Shown in pieces: positions 15,799 through 24,178 of a DNA stretch of 53,769 nucleotides; positions within the stretch are counted from its first letter, which is position 1, and the number at the start of each line of letters is the position of its first letter. The position numbers and the translations under genes are program-made. The notes under the pieces were generated by a model, which worked only from the letters and a program-made list of their open reading frames with translations, was not told where the DNA came from and made no database searches. The stretch is from an uncultured Gemmatimonadaceae bacterium (lineage in GTDB: Bacteria > Gemmatimonadota > Gemmatimonadetes > Gemmatimonadales > Gemmatimonadaceae): contig CBHWBX010000001.1 in assembly GCA_966111935.1 (NCBI GenBank), positions 1 to 53,769 of the forward strand. Reading direction: 5' to 3'.

Positions 15799-16628
15799 AC
15801 CGGTCCCCGCTCGGGTTTGAATTGGATTTTCTCGACCTCGTAAGCGCCGGCGTCGATCGTCACGAGCACGCCACCGATCCCCGCCATCGAATCAGCCGCG
15901 ACCTTGTGCACATGACTCGTCGCGAGCTGCCACGCGCCCGAGGTCACGACGCGCGTGGGACAGGCGTCGTAGCTGTCGTTGAAGCGGTGGTGATGTCCGC
16001 GCAAGCAGAGGTCCGGATGCCGGTCCCCGTCCTTCGCGTGGCTCAGGAAGATGTCGTGCGCATGGAGCACCGCGGCCGAGCCTCGGGTATGTTCGCGCTG
16101 CCCCGTGCGGCCGTGATGCGTGATGTCCACGCGAACGCCCTGCATCTCACCGCGAAAGTGCCACCAGCTCGCCGTGCGCGTCTCGGGGTCACTGATGACC
16201 GGGCGCTTGTCCCGCCGCAGGCCGTCCGCAATGCGCTCCTCGGCGCTCGCGCTCTGGCCGACATGCGCTTCGGTGCCGCGAACGACCAGGATCCGGTCCG
16301 GCTTCAAGGCCAGCGGGATCGCCATGCAGGCGGTGACGACGGCCGCTTGCGCGTTCGGGTTCTCAGAGATGATCTGCGTCGTGCGGTGGTGCGCGCCTTC
16401 GACGAGATCGCCGTTGAACACGGCGTAGAGATCCGCATGCAGCTCGCGCCGCTTCGCTTCGGCTTTCGCCCAATACTGTTCCCAGCACTGGAACAGCCAG
16501 CGCTGGGGCTTCGAGGCGTGGTACTCGCCGCCATCATCGTAGGAAACCGATGCAGGGCACAGGGCCGTCGTCCCGCCCGCGTGGATGTCGGACACGTGGG
16601 CCAGAACGACGGGTCGGGTCCGGCCCAC
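15786..16628 (-). CDS. calcineurin-like metallophosphoesterase
   Basis: Motifs HVSDIHAG, NGDLVEG, RGTEAHV, ITHHG, GHHHRF in the canonical order. Confidence 0.75.
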   Translation of the reverse strand: MGRTRPVVLAHVSDIHAGGTTALCPASVSYDDGGEYHASKPQRWLFQCWEQYWAKAEAKRRELHADLYAVFNGDLVEGAHHRTTQIISENPNAQAAVVTACMAIPLALKPDRILVVRGTEAHVGQSASAEERIADGLRRDKRPVISDPETRTASWWHFRGEMQGVRVDITHHGRTGQREHTRGSAAVLHAHDIFLSHAKDGDRHPDLCLRGHHHRFNDSYDACPTRVVTSGAWQLATSHVHKVAADSMAGIGGVLVTIDAGAYEVEKIQFKPERGPVWKL

Positions 16629-16834
16629 TACTGCGCCGCGCCGGACGCCTTGTTCGCGAGCGCGTCGGTGATCTGATGGAGCGCATCGCGGATGCCAGCG
16701 ACGGCGAGCAAGCCCGACGCCGCGCCGATCGCGTGCTTCGCGTCGATGACCGGCAACGTGGTCAGCCAGGTCAACACACCGCCGGCGGCACCGATCACGG
16801 TCTTGGAGCCGAGCAGTCGAAGAAACTTGTCCAT
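16628..16834 (-). CDS. holin-like small membrane protein (68 aa)
   Basis: Two hydrophobic segments (TVIGAAGGVLTWLTTLPVI, AIGAASGLLAVAGI). Directly downstream of the endolysin. Confidence 0.5.
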   Translation of the reverse strand: MDKFLRLLGSKTVIGAAGGVLTWLTTLPVIDAKHAIGAASGLLAVAGIRDALHQITDALANKASGAAQ

Positions 16835-16841
16835 AGGGTCC

Positions 16842-17345
16842 TCAGTCGATCGCGTGGAGCTCGCGCCAAACAGCCTGCACACCACCACTCGCGAGCAGCG
16901 CGGCGGCGTGGTCGGACGGGGAGACGTGCATGCCGTTGCAGTACCACTGGACATGCGGCTTGTCCTGCATCTTCCATTGCCCGCCCCACGTCAGCCCGCG
17001 GCGCAGACAGACGTCGCCGAGATCGCGGAAAAACTGGGCGAGCTCGCTGCCACTCGGGTAGCGCTTGTCGCCGATGTCGACGGCGAGGCCGTAGTGGTGC
17101 CAGGTCTTGAGGGCGTTCGGGGCGTTCGTCACGATGCCGCGCCCATCGTCGTAGGCGCGACCGAAGCCGTAGAGCCACGCCGCGCGTTCGGTCGAGCGAA
17201 CGGTCTCGCGCAACACGGGACGCCACCCGAGCGCGTCGAGGTCGAAGAGCACGGACGCAATCGCGGCGCGGAACTTCGGCGCGAGGCCATCCGTGCTCGA
17301 GATGACGGACGGCTCATGGGGCGCGGGCGGAAGTTTCGCGCTCAT
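16842..17345 (-). CDS. endolysin, peptidase M15 (VanY/L-Ala-D-Glu peptidase-like)
   Basis: WHHYGLAVDI (H-x6-D) and DKPHVQW zinc-ligand motifs. Lysis-cassette position. Confidence 0.75.
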   Translation of the reverse strand: MSAKLPPAPHEPSVISSTDGLAPKFRAAIASVLFDLDALGWRPVLRETVRSTERAAWLYGFGRAYDDGRGIVTNAPNALKTWHHYGLAVDIGDKRYPSGSELAQFFRDLGDVCLRRGLTWGGQWKMQDKPHVQWYCNGMHVSPSDHAAALLASGGVQAVWRELHAID

Positions 17346-17773
17346 GCGGACCGCCGACGCTTGGGTGTCTTCTGCGTCTTTTCGAGCGCGGCAAGGCGGT
17401 CGTTGATCCTCCGCTCGGCCACTTCACGCTTCCCGAGCGCCGCATGCAGGGAGTCATTCTGGTTGCGCTGCGCCGTCTGCACCTCCTCGACGGTCTGCTG
17501 TAACCGCTTCACGTCGCCGCGGACCCCGTTCGTGCCGCCGTCGCCAGTCAGGATGTATTCCTGCTTCGCGATGCGGGGCAGGACGCCTTTCTCGGGGTCC
17601 ATGAGCGCCTTCACATCGCCGTGCATGTCGCGGATGGAATCGCCCTGGGAGCGCCAATCCCCGGCGATGCGCCAGAGGAACACGACGACCGGAACGGTCA
17701 AAAGGGTGCCGAACGCGGCCCCCGCAAAGCGGAGGACCTCGACGGTCGGAGCGGACGGATCGGGAGCGAGCAT
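17342..17773 (-). CDS. membrane-anchored coiled-coil protein (holin or i-spanin-like)
   Basis: N-terminal TM GAAFGTLLTVPVVVFLW, then a coiled coil. ATGA-type overlap with the endolysin. Confidence 0.45.
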   Translation of the reverse strand: MLAPDPSAPTVEVLRFAGAAFGTLLTVPVVVFLWRIAGDWRSQGDSIRDMHGDVKALMDPEKGVLPRIAKQEYILTGDGGTNGVRGDVKRLQQTVEEVQTAQRNQNDSLHAALGKREVAERRINDRLAALEKTQKTPKRRRSA

Positions 17774-17812
17774 GTCAGACCAGGAGGGAGGGAAACAGCA
17801 CCAGTGCGCGCA

Positions 17813-17822
17813 GGGGGGGGGG
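17813..17822. repeat. G10 (C10 on the coding strand) homopolymer between tailspike and lysis genes
   Basis: Read directly at 17813-17822. Confidence 0.9.
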
Positions 17823-17854
17823 AGGCGCGCGCCGGGACGAAGGAGGGACGCCGC

Positions 17855-19756
17855 TTACGCGGCCGTGACGGTGCCGGCGATGCCGGTGCCGTCGACGTAC
17901 ATCTGACACAGGTTCGTGTTGCCCGCGCCCGCGCCGTTGCCGCACGTGTAGGTGATCACCACCGACGAACCGGAGTAGGTCGCGACGAAGTCGCCCGTCG
18001 CGACCTGGAAGTTGCCGGTGCTCCCGTTCAGCAACGCGGTTGCCGTCATGCCGCCGAGTGAGAACCCGTCGCCAGCGTGAGCAATGTCGAGCTTGAGCAA
18101 CGCGCGCAGGTTCGCACTGCCCTCGAAGTAGACTTCGACGAACACTTTCAGCAGCGACGGCTGGCTGTTCAGGACCGGGATCGTCGTCACCATCGTCCCG
18201 CTGCGTAAAATCCCCGTCTTCGTCACCACCTGCGGCCAGCCCGCGCCGGTGCGGTAGTTCAGGTTCGACTTCGTGCGCCAGTGCGCGCCGCTCGTGAGGA
18301 TCGGGTCCTTCGCCGAGCTCGACACGTACATCGTGAGATCGACCGCGCCGCAGTTGCTGGTCATCTCGACGGTGTTGGTGCGCGCCGTGAGATCGCCGCC
18401 GTCGACGACGGCGTGCGACACGCGATCCAGAATCAGCGCCGACTTGCCGGACAGGTTGTTCGATCCGGCGAGTACGCGCGGGTGAGTCACGGACACCGTC
18501 GTGGTCGTCGCATTCGCGTCGCTGCCAAGCCACATGTCGGCGTCGCCGTTGTCTTCGAAGTACGGGTCGGTCAGCGAGATCGCGCCGTAGCGGCCACGAA
18601 AGCCGTATGCGCCCGTCTGCGTTCCGCCAGAACCGGCCGACTCGGACGTCAACCCGAAGAAGTCGATCGAGAGGCCCGCGACGTCGAAGTTCGGACCCGC
18701 CTGACACGCGCTGAAGTACACCTGCTCGCCGCGGACCGTGGTCGAGATGCTGGCCGGACTACCGATGTAGAGCCCGGCGTCGCCCTTGCACTCCGCACCG
18801 CGTACGTGATTCAGCGTAATGCCGACCGCATCCTCGATGTGCAGGAGATGGCCGCCCGCCTGATTCAGCGACACATTCTCAGCGACGAAGTCGACGACAC
18901 CGTACGTCGCGACGAGGTGTCGGCAGGACTTCGCCGTGTCGGTGAAGTCGAGCGTCGTGGCCTTGATGTCGCGGATGGCCCCGCCGTAGCCGAAGCCCGA
19001 CGCTTGGACGTACCCGCTCGCGTTCCGGTCCCAGGTCAGCGCGTCGACCGTGTTCGCGAGCTTGAACACGAGGACCGTTGTCCAGAGCCCGTCGCCTTCG
19101 ATCGTCACCCCGGGATAGCAGGTCATGGCCGAGGTACAGAGATAGGTGCCCGCCGGGAAATAGATCGAGGCGCCATACCGCCGCTTGTACCCGGAGCCCG
19201 CCACAATCGCATTGGCCGCAGCCACGGCGGCGAGGATCGCGGTGGTGTCGGCCGTCACCCCATCGTCGCCGGCGCCTGTGGCGCCCCACCACTGCGGGAA
19301 AATCTTGTCGGGGCGCCACGTGCCGAACCGGATGGACCCGCCCGCCGACGGATCGAAGCACTGCGCGAGCGGCACCGCCAGCGGAGCGTTCAGCGTGATC
19401 GTGACCCCGCTCGCCGGTTTGAGCTTGGCGCCCAGCGCGAGCAGGATGGGGCTCGTGATAGTGAGGTTCGACGAGATCAGGTAGGTGCCAGGCGGCACGT
19501 AGAGAAAGCCGCTGGTACCGCACGCCGTCTGCGCAGCGACGAACGCATGCCGATCGTCCGTGAGGCCCGTGCCCACGGCGCCATAGGACGGCGCCAGGAC
19601 GTTGTAGGCGCCATGGCCGACGAACGACGATTCGAGGATGTATTCCGCGAGGTCGTCCGGGCTGAATAGCAACTCGTTCGAGTTGTCCAGATCGAGCGCA
19701 TTCGCCCAGAGCGCGCCGAAGCGATGGGCACTCGTGAGAGGATTGCGCAGCGTCAT
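17855..19756 (-). CDS. tailspike with pectate-lyase-like beta-helix (putative depolymerase), 633 aa
   Basis: Two Pectate_lyase_3-like heads (YGAVGTGLTDDRHAF..YVPPGTYLI and WGATGAGDDGVTADTTAI..IYFPAGTYL). Last structural gene. Confidence 0.75.
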   Translation of the reverse strand: MTLRNPLTSAHRFGALWANALDLDNSNELLFSPDDLAEYILESSFVGHGAYNVLAPSYGAVGTGLTDDRHAFVAAQTACGTSGFLYVPPGTYLISSNLTITSPILLALGAKLKPASGVTITLNAPLAVPLAQCFDPSAGGSIRFGTWRPDKIFPQWWGATGAGDDGVTADTTAILAAVAAANAIVAGSGYKRRYGASIYFPAGTYLCTSAMTCYPGVTIEGDGLWTTVLVFKLANTVDALTWDRNASGYVQASGFGYGGAIRDIKATTLDFTDTAKSCRHLVATYGVVDFVAENVSLNQAGGHLLHIEDAVGITLNHVRGAECKGDAGLYIGSPASISTTVRGEQVYFSACQAGPNFDVAGLSIDFFGLTSESAGSGGTQTGAYGFRGRYGAISLTDPYFEDNGDADMWLGSDANATTTTVSVTHPRVLAGSNNLSGKSALILDRVSHAVVDGGDLTARTNTVEMTSNCGAVDLTMYVSSSAKDPILTSGAHWRTKSNLNYRTGAGWPQVVTKTGILRSGTMVTTIPVLNSQPSLLKVFVEVYFEGSANLRALLKLDIAHAGDGFSLGGMTATALLNGSTGNFQVATGDFVATYSGSSVVITYTCGNGAGAGNTNLCQMYVDGTGIAGTVTAA

Positions 19757-20295
19757 GCGCGAATCCTCCCGATTCCGTCACCCCACTCGGCCGGCGCGCG
19801 ACGGAGCCGCCCCGGCTCGCCGCGGATCATGTATCCCGGGGGAACGTCCTTCGTGACGATCGCGCCCGCGGCCACCCGCGCCCCGGCGCCGATCCGCACG
19901 CCCGGCAATAAAATCGCCCCGGCTCCCACCGAGGCGTTGTCTTCGATCACGGGCGGCTTCGCGTCGTACGGCGGGTCGCCGGGCTGCGGCACCCGGGGAT
20001 GCCGGTCGTCGGTGCAGACCACGCCGGGGCCGAGGAAGACGTCGCAGCCGACCGTTGCGTTGGGCGGGAGAAAGACGTTGGCGCTGATGCGCGAGCGCGC
20101 GCCGATCGTCGAGCCGCGGCCGATCTCCGCACCGCCGCCGATGGAGACGCCTTCGCCCAACACGACGTCTTGCATGACGCGGGCGAAGTGCCAAATCGAA
20201 ACCCCACGGCCGATGTTCACCGTGGGGTCGACGAAGGCGAAGCCCGTTTCAGTCAGATACTGCATGTGGATGCGATGCGTCGGCGCGTCGCTCAT
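19753..20295 (-). CDS. left-handed beta-helix (hexapeptide-repeat) acetyltransferase
   Basis: Hexapeptide repeats VSIGGGAEIGRGSTIGARSRISANVFL..VGAGAILLPGVRIGAGARVAAGAIV. Stop overlaps the tailspike start (ATGA). Confidence 0.8.
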   Translation of the reverse strand: MSDAPTHRIHMQYLTETGFAFVDPTVNIGRGVSIWHFARVMQDVVLGEGVSIGGGAEIGRGSTIGARSRISANVFLPPNATVGCDVFLGPGVVCTDDRHPRVPQPGDPPYDAKPPVIEDNASVGAGAILLPGVRIGAGARVAAGAIVTKDVPPGYMIRGEPGRLRRAPAEWGDGIGRIRA

Positions 20296-20305
20296 GACGG
20301 AATCC

Positions 20306-21298
20306 TCACAGAATCCTCTCGTAGATCGCTTGCATGGCGGTGGCGGTCTCGCGGATGTCCTGCACAGGCGCTTTCGCCCGCGGCTCAACGTGTCCCGAGC
20401 AGATCGCGATCAGCTCACGCGCCATGTCGCGCTGATCGCCTTCGGTGATCCAGTAGTCGGCGTGGGGATTGCCGCGGTAGGAGATCGTCGTCGCGCCCGA
20501 GGCATTCGCCTGGAGCGACAGCATGTTCAGATCCCCGTAGCGCACGAGGCCGATCGTGTAGTCGGTCGACCGGAAGGCGTTCCGCAGCCCGTCCCGGTCG
20601 AACGTCATCGGCGAGAAGAACCCGTAGTAGCTCGCATCCAGCCGATAGAGCCACGGGTAGAACACGCTGTGCATGTCCCGCGGCAGATAGATGCCGTGGA
20701 GCTTCGCCATGCCCCTGGGCAACGCCTCGGCCACCTCGGCCCAGAGCGTAACCAGGTCATAGGGCCACTTGATGTAATGCGGGTTCTCCGCCGTGAAGAC
20801 CGACGGCGCGCCGTCGAACTTCCCGCGCGATTCCCCGGGGCACCAAAACGCGGTGTCGACGCCGAGCGGGATGCAGTCGACGACCGTGTGGCGATCGACG
20901 TAGCGCTGGTAGATCCACTGGTGACGCTCCCAGAACGTGACCACCGCGTCGGCGCGTTGCAGCCAGTGGTTCATGAGCATCAGCGGTTCTGGGTGCCCAT
21001 AGCCACCGGACTGCGCATACTCGACGGAGCTCTGAAAGACATGGTCCGGCGTCCCGTGCCCGATCCACACCGTCTTGGCCGTGCGACCCATGCGGCGCAG
21101 TCGGTCCTGCACCGGGTTCGGCAGATGGGAGTGCACCACGTGCACGTCCGCCTCGAGCGCAGCCTCCCACGCCGGCGTCTCGACCGTCGAGTCGAGCAAC
21201 ACCGACGTGAGGCCCGCGCGCTGCTCGGCCTCGCACAGCGACGACGCGACGCCGTGGAGGCCTGAGCCGTTGGTCAGCGACCAATGCGCGATGTGCAA
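20306..21298 (-). CDS. probable GT-B fold glycosyltransferase (GT4-like)
   Basis: N-terminus MHIAHW..GSG..V...L is GT4-like. The C-terminal half has an E/D..(7)..A.ASGA-type segment. Weak, motif-level call only. Confidence 0.5.
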   Translation of the reverse strand: MHIAHWSLTNGSGLHGVASSLCEAEQRAGLTSVLLDSTVETPAWEAALEADVHVVHSHLPNPVQDRLRRMGRTAKTVWIGHGTPDHVFQSSVEYAQSGGYGHPEPLMLMNHWLQRADAVVTFWERHQWIYQRYVDRHTVVDCIPLGVDTAFWCPGESRGKFDGAPSVFTAENPHYIKWPYDLVTLWAEVAEALPRGMAKLHGIYLPRDMHSVFYPWLYRLDASYYGFFSPMTFDRDGLRNAFRSTDYTIGLVRYGDLNMLSLQANASGATTISYRGNPHADYWITEGDQRDMARELIAICSGHVEPRAKAPVQDIRETATAMQAIYERIL

Positions 21299-21303
21299 CG
21301 CGG

Positions 21304-21954
21304 TTACCAGCCCGCCGACGTCGTGCGGGAGTCGAGCCGCGAGAGCTTCGCGGCGACCGAGACGCCCTTAGAATCCGCCGTGCTGGCGTTGACCGACCCG
21401 GCAAGAGCCTTCGAGTCGGCCGCGCTCGTGTTGATCGATCCCGAGAGCGCGCGACTGTCCGCCTTCGACGTAGTGCTCGATCCGGAGACGACCTTGCTCA
21501 GCGCCACGCTGCCGTTGAGCGAGACCGAGAGCGCTTTCGAGTCCGCGACGCTGCCCGCGCTGCCGCTGCTCACGGCTTTGGAATCCGCCGTGCTGGCGAG
21601 CGTCGATACGCTGAGCGCCTTTGAGTCGGCGACGCTGGCGCGCGTGCTGGCGCTCACGCCTTTCGAGTCCGCGACGCTCGTGTCGGTCGACGCGACCGTG
21701 ACCGTCGAGAGGGCGGCCGAGGTGTTCACCCCGTTCGACACGCCTTTCGAATCCGCGACGCTGTCCGCCGTCCCCGCGCTCGTCGCCCTGCTGCTGGTGA
21801 TCGAAACGTTGAGGGAGACGGAGAGCGCCTTGGAGTCGGCGACGGCCGGCGGCAGGTTCTGGGCACGGGACAGCGCGGTACTCAGCGCGGCGCCGTGCGA
21901 GGTCGCTTTGGAATCCGCGACGGAAATGGCGAGTGATCGGGCCTGTGCACCCAT
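21304..21954 (-). CDS. Ser/Thr/Ala-rich fibrous protein with ADSK-x-S repeats (fibre paralogue 1)
   Basis: Repeating ..S.ADSKA.S.S.. units of about 14 aa. C-terminus SRTTSAGW. Confidence 0.65.
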   Translation of the reverse strand: MGAQARSLAISVADSKATSHGAALSTALSRAQNLPPAVADSKALSVSLNVSITSSRATSAGTADSVADSKGVSNGVNTSAALSTVTVASTDTSVADSKGVSASTRASVADSKALSVSTLASTADSKAVSSGSAGSVADSKALSVSLNGSVALSKVVSGSSTTSKADSRALSGSINTSAADSKALAGSVNASTADSKGVSVAAKLSRLDSRTTSAGW

Positions 21955-21967
21955 GGGTTAGGCCTCC

Positions 21968-22642
21968 TTACTTGCCGGCAGAGGTGAGACGCGAATCGAT
22001 GTTCGACGCCTTCGTGGCGACCGACGTGGCCTTGGAGTCGGCGGTCGAGACGTTCGTCGACACGCTCCCTGTCTTCGAGTCAGCGATGCTGGTGTTGACC
22101 GAGACCGAGAGGGCCTTGGAGTCGGCGGCGCTGGTGTTCGTCGAGACCGACAGCGCCTTTGAGTCGGTCGCGCTGGTATTGGTCGACGTCGACACGGCCT
22201 TCGAGTCGGCGACGCTCGCCGCGCTCCCGGCGCTCGTGCCCTTCGAGTCGGCGGTACTGGTGAGCGTGCTCACCGACAGCGCCTTGGAGTCCGCCGTGCT
22301 CGCGCGGGTCGTGGCCGATGTGGCCTTGGAATCCGACGTCGTGACGTTCGACGTCACCGAGACGGCGGCACTGGCGGCGCTCGATCCACTGGCCGATGAC
22401 GACACGGCCTTCGAGTCGGCGGTGCTCGCCGCAGTGCCCGCGCTCACGCCCTTGGAATCGGCGGTACTGGTGAGCGTCGAGACGGAGAGGGCTTTCGAGT
22501 CGGCCGTCGATGCGGCGGCAGAGCCGACCGATGCCGCACTCGTTGCCGTCGAGGTTGCAGTGGAGAGGGTCGTCGACGCTGCCGTGGCAGCAGAGGCGGC
22601 CTTGGAGTCCGCTTTCGAGGCGGAATTCGAGAGAATGGACAT
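21968..22642 (-). CDS. Ser/Thr/Ala-rich fibrous protein with 14-residue ADSK repeats (fibre paralogue 2)
   Basis: At least 11 units such as TADSKALSVSTLTS. C-terminus SRLTSAGK parallels paralogue 1. Confidence 0.65.
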   Translation of the reverse strand: MSILSNSASKADSKAASAATAASTTLSTATSTATSAASVGSAAASTADSKALSVSTLTSTADSKGVSAGTAASTADSKAVSSSASGSSAASAAVSVTSNVTTSDSKATSATTRASTADSKALSVSTLTSTADSKGTSAGSAASVADSKAVSTSTNTSATDSKALSVSTNTSAADSKALSVSVNTSIADSKTGSVSTNVSTADSKATSVATKASNIDSRLTSAGK

Positions 22643-22698
22643 GCGAGAGCTCCAACGCCCGTCGGGGGCGCGTTCGAGAGGGAGGGTATCTGTTCGAG

Positions 22699-24177
22699 TT
22701 AGGGCTGTTGCGGGAACAACAACCCGCGCATGGCGGGGATCGCCGCTGAAGCGGTCGGCGCGACGAGGCGCGTCACACCCTGGTCCTGCGGGAGCGATTG
22801 CATGATCTGATCGACCAACTGAGGACCGCCGGGCTTGGCGACGAGCCGGGCGACGGCGTCCGCTGCCCCGGCCTTGTTGGTGAGGACCTTGTCGATGAGC
22901 TCCATCACGGCGCCACGGCCGGCGCTCGGCAATGAACCGCCGAGCGAGCCGGAGGTGGCGCCGTACGCCGCGTTGGCCGAATAGTTCGCCCGCGACTGCT
23001 GCACGGTCTTGAGCGCGCGGTCTGTGCGCTCCAACTGCTGCATCACGATCGCGTATGGCTTATCGAGCTGTTCGAACTGCGGTGCGTGCGTGTAGAGGTA
23101 GTCTTGCAGCGCGTCCTTGGCTTCGGTGATCGCGTGGAGCCGCACGCCGTTCGCGTTCACCCCGGACTTCGCGGCCATGCGCGCATCGGCGCGCAATTCC
23201 GAGAGCGCAGTGCGCAGATCCTGAATGGGCATCGTCGGCGAGGCCTTCGGTGCGTTCTTGCCCAACACCTTCGCCGCCTTCATCACTGCGTCGCGGCCCT
23301 GTGGCGTCACCGGGATGTCGCCCGTCAGCGCGTCCATCTTGGCGCCGAGCGCACTCCGGGCCGCGCCGAGCGCGCCTTTCTGGTCGAGGAAGTTCTGCTC
23401 GGCCGACGCCGCCGCTTCGGGGCTGGCACCCGTCGCACGGAGCATCGGGAGGAAGCGCGACGTTTTGTCGCCAGTCGCCGGAATCGCGGTCGTCGCGATG
23501 GACGCACCGCCGGGGGCGATCTGGTCCACCTCGGCGAGCTTGGCGGCGACAGACGGGTCAATGAGGCTTGCCGCGGCCCGCTTTACGGCGCGCTCCGGCT
23601 TGAACCGGTCGACGAGCTTCCCGATCACGCTGCCCGCGCCCTTCGCCACACCGTAGGAGGCGGCACCGCCGGCGGCGCCCAAGGCACCGCCCTTCAAGCC
23701 GGAGACGATGCGGTCGACGACCGAGCCTTCGGATTCGCCAGCGCCGGAGAGCATGCCGGTCGCTCCGCCGAGCGCTGCGGCGCCGAGGGCGGACGTCCCG
23801 AGCGCGGGTGCTGCGGCCACCGCCGCCGCGGGCGCCGCGAGTCCGCCAAGCATCCGGCCGGCGAAGTTCGCGATGGGATGCTCGGCGGCAAACGCTTTGT
23901 CGGCCTCGCGATTCACAAGCCCCATCTCGTCGCCGAAGCCAAACGTGGCGCCTTGCGTGATGGACCGACCGATGTTGCGGAACGAAAGGTCGGTGCTCGA
24001 CGGAGACGGGAGAGGCGTCGGCGTGGCGCTCGACAGCGAGTCTTCGTGTTGCAGGTACGCGAGCACGTCCGATTCCGGCGCACCCGCCGCACGCATTTTC
24101 GCAACGTTCGCTTTCACGCGCTGCACATCGGCGAGCGACGGTTGGCCGCTCGGCACGGGCATTACACTGACGCCCAT
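22699..24177 (-). CDS. internal virion/ejection-type protein (492 aa), Gly/Ala-rich
   Basis: Positioned after the tail genes, as in podovirus internal-protein blocks. Hydrophobic Gly/Ala segment LGGLAAPAAAVAAAPALGTSALGAAALGGATG. Confidence 0.45.
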   Translation of the reverse strand: MGVSVMPVPSGQPSLADVQRVKANVAKMRAAGAPESDVLAYLQHEDSLSSATPTPLPSPSSTDLSFRNIGRSITQGATFGFGDEMGLVNREADKAFAAEHPIANFAGRMLGGLAAPAAAVAAAPALGTSALGAAALGGATGMLSGAGESEGSVVDRIVSGLKGGALGAAGGAASYGVAKGAGSVIGKLVDRFKPERAVKRAAASLIDPSVAAKLAEVDQIAPGGASIATTAIPATGDKTSRFLPMLRATGASPEAAASAEQNFLDQKGALGAARSALGAKMDALTGDIPVTPQGRDAVMKAAKVLGKNAPKASPTMPIQDLRTALSELRADARMAAKSGVNANGVRLHAITEAKDALQDYLYTHAPQFEQLDKPYAIVMQQLERTDRALKTVQQSRANYSANAAYGATSGSLGGSLPSAGRGAVMELIDKVLTNKAGAADAVARLVAKPGGPQLVDQIMQSLPQDQGVTRLVAPTASAAIPAMRGLLFPQQP

Positions 24178-24178
24178 G

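Noticed and set aside
21284-22805. Plus-strand ORFs with ESA/FESA repeats (21284..21961, 21933..22805).
   Set aside because: They are mirror images of the 42-bp fibre repeats. The minus-strand genes fit the operon (5-13 nt gaps) and have sensible termini.
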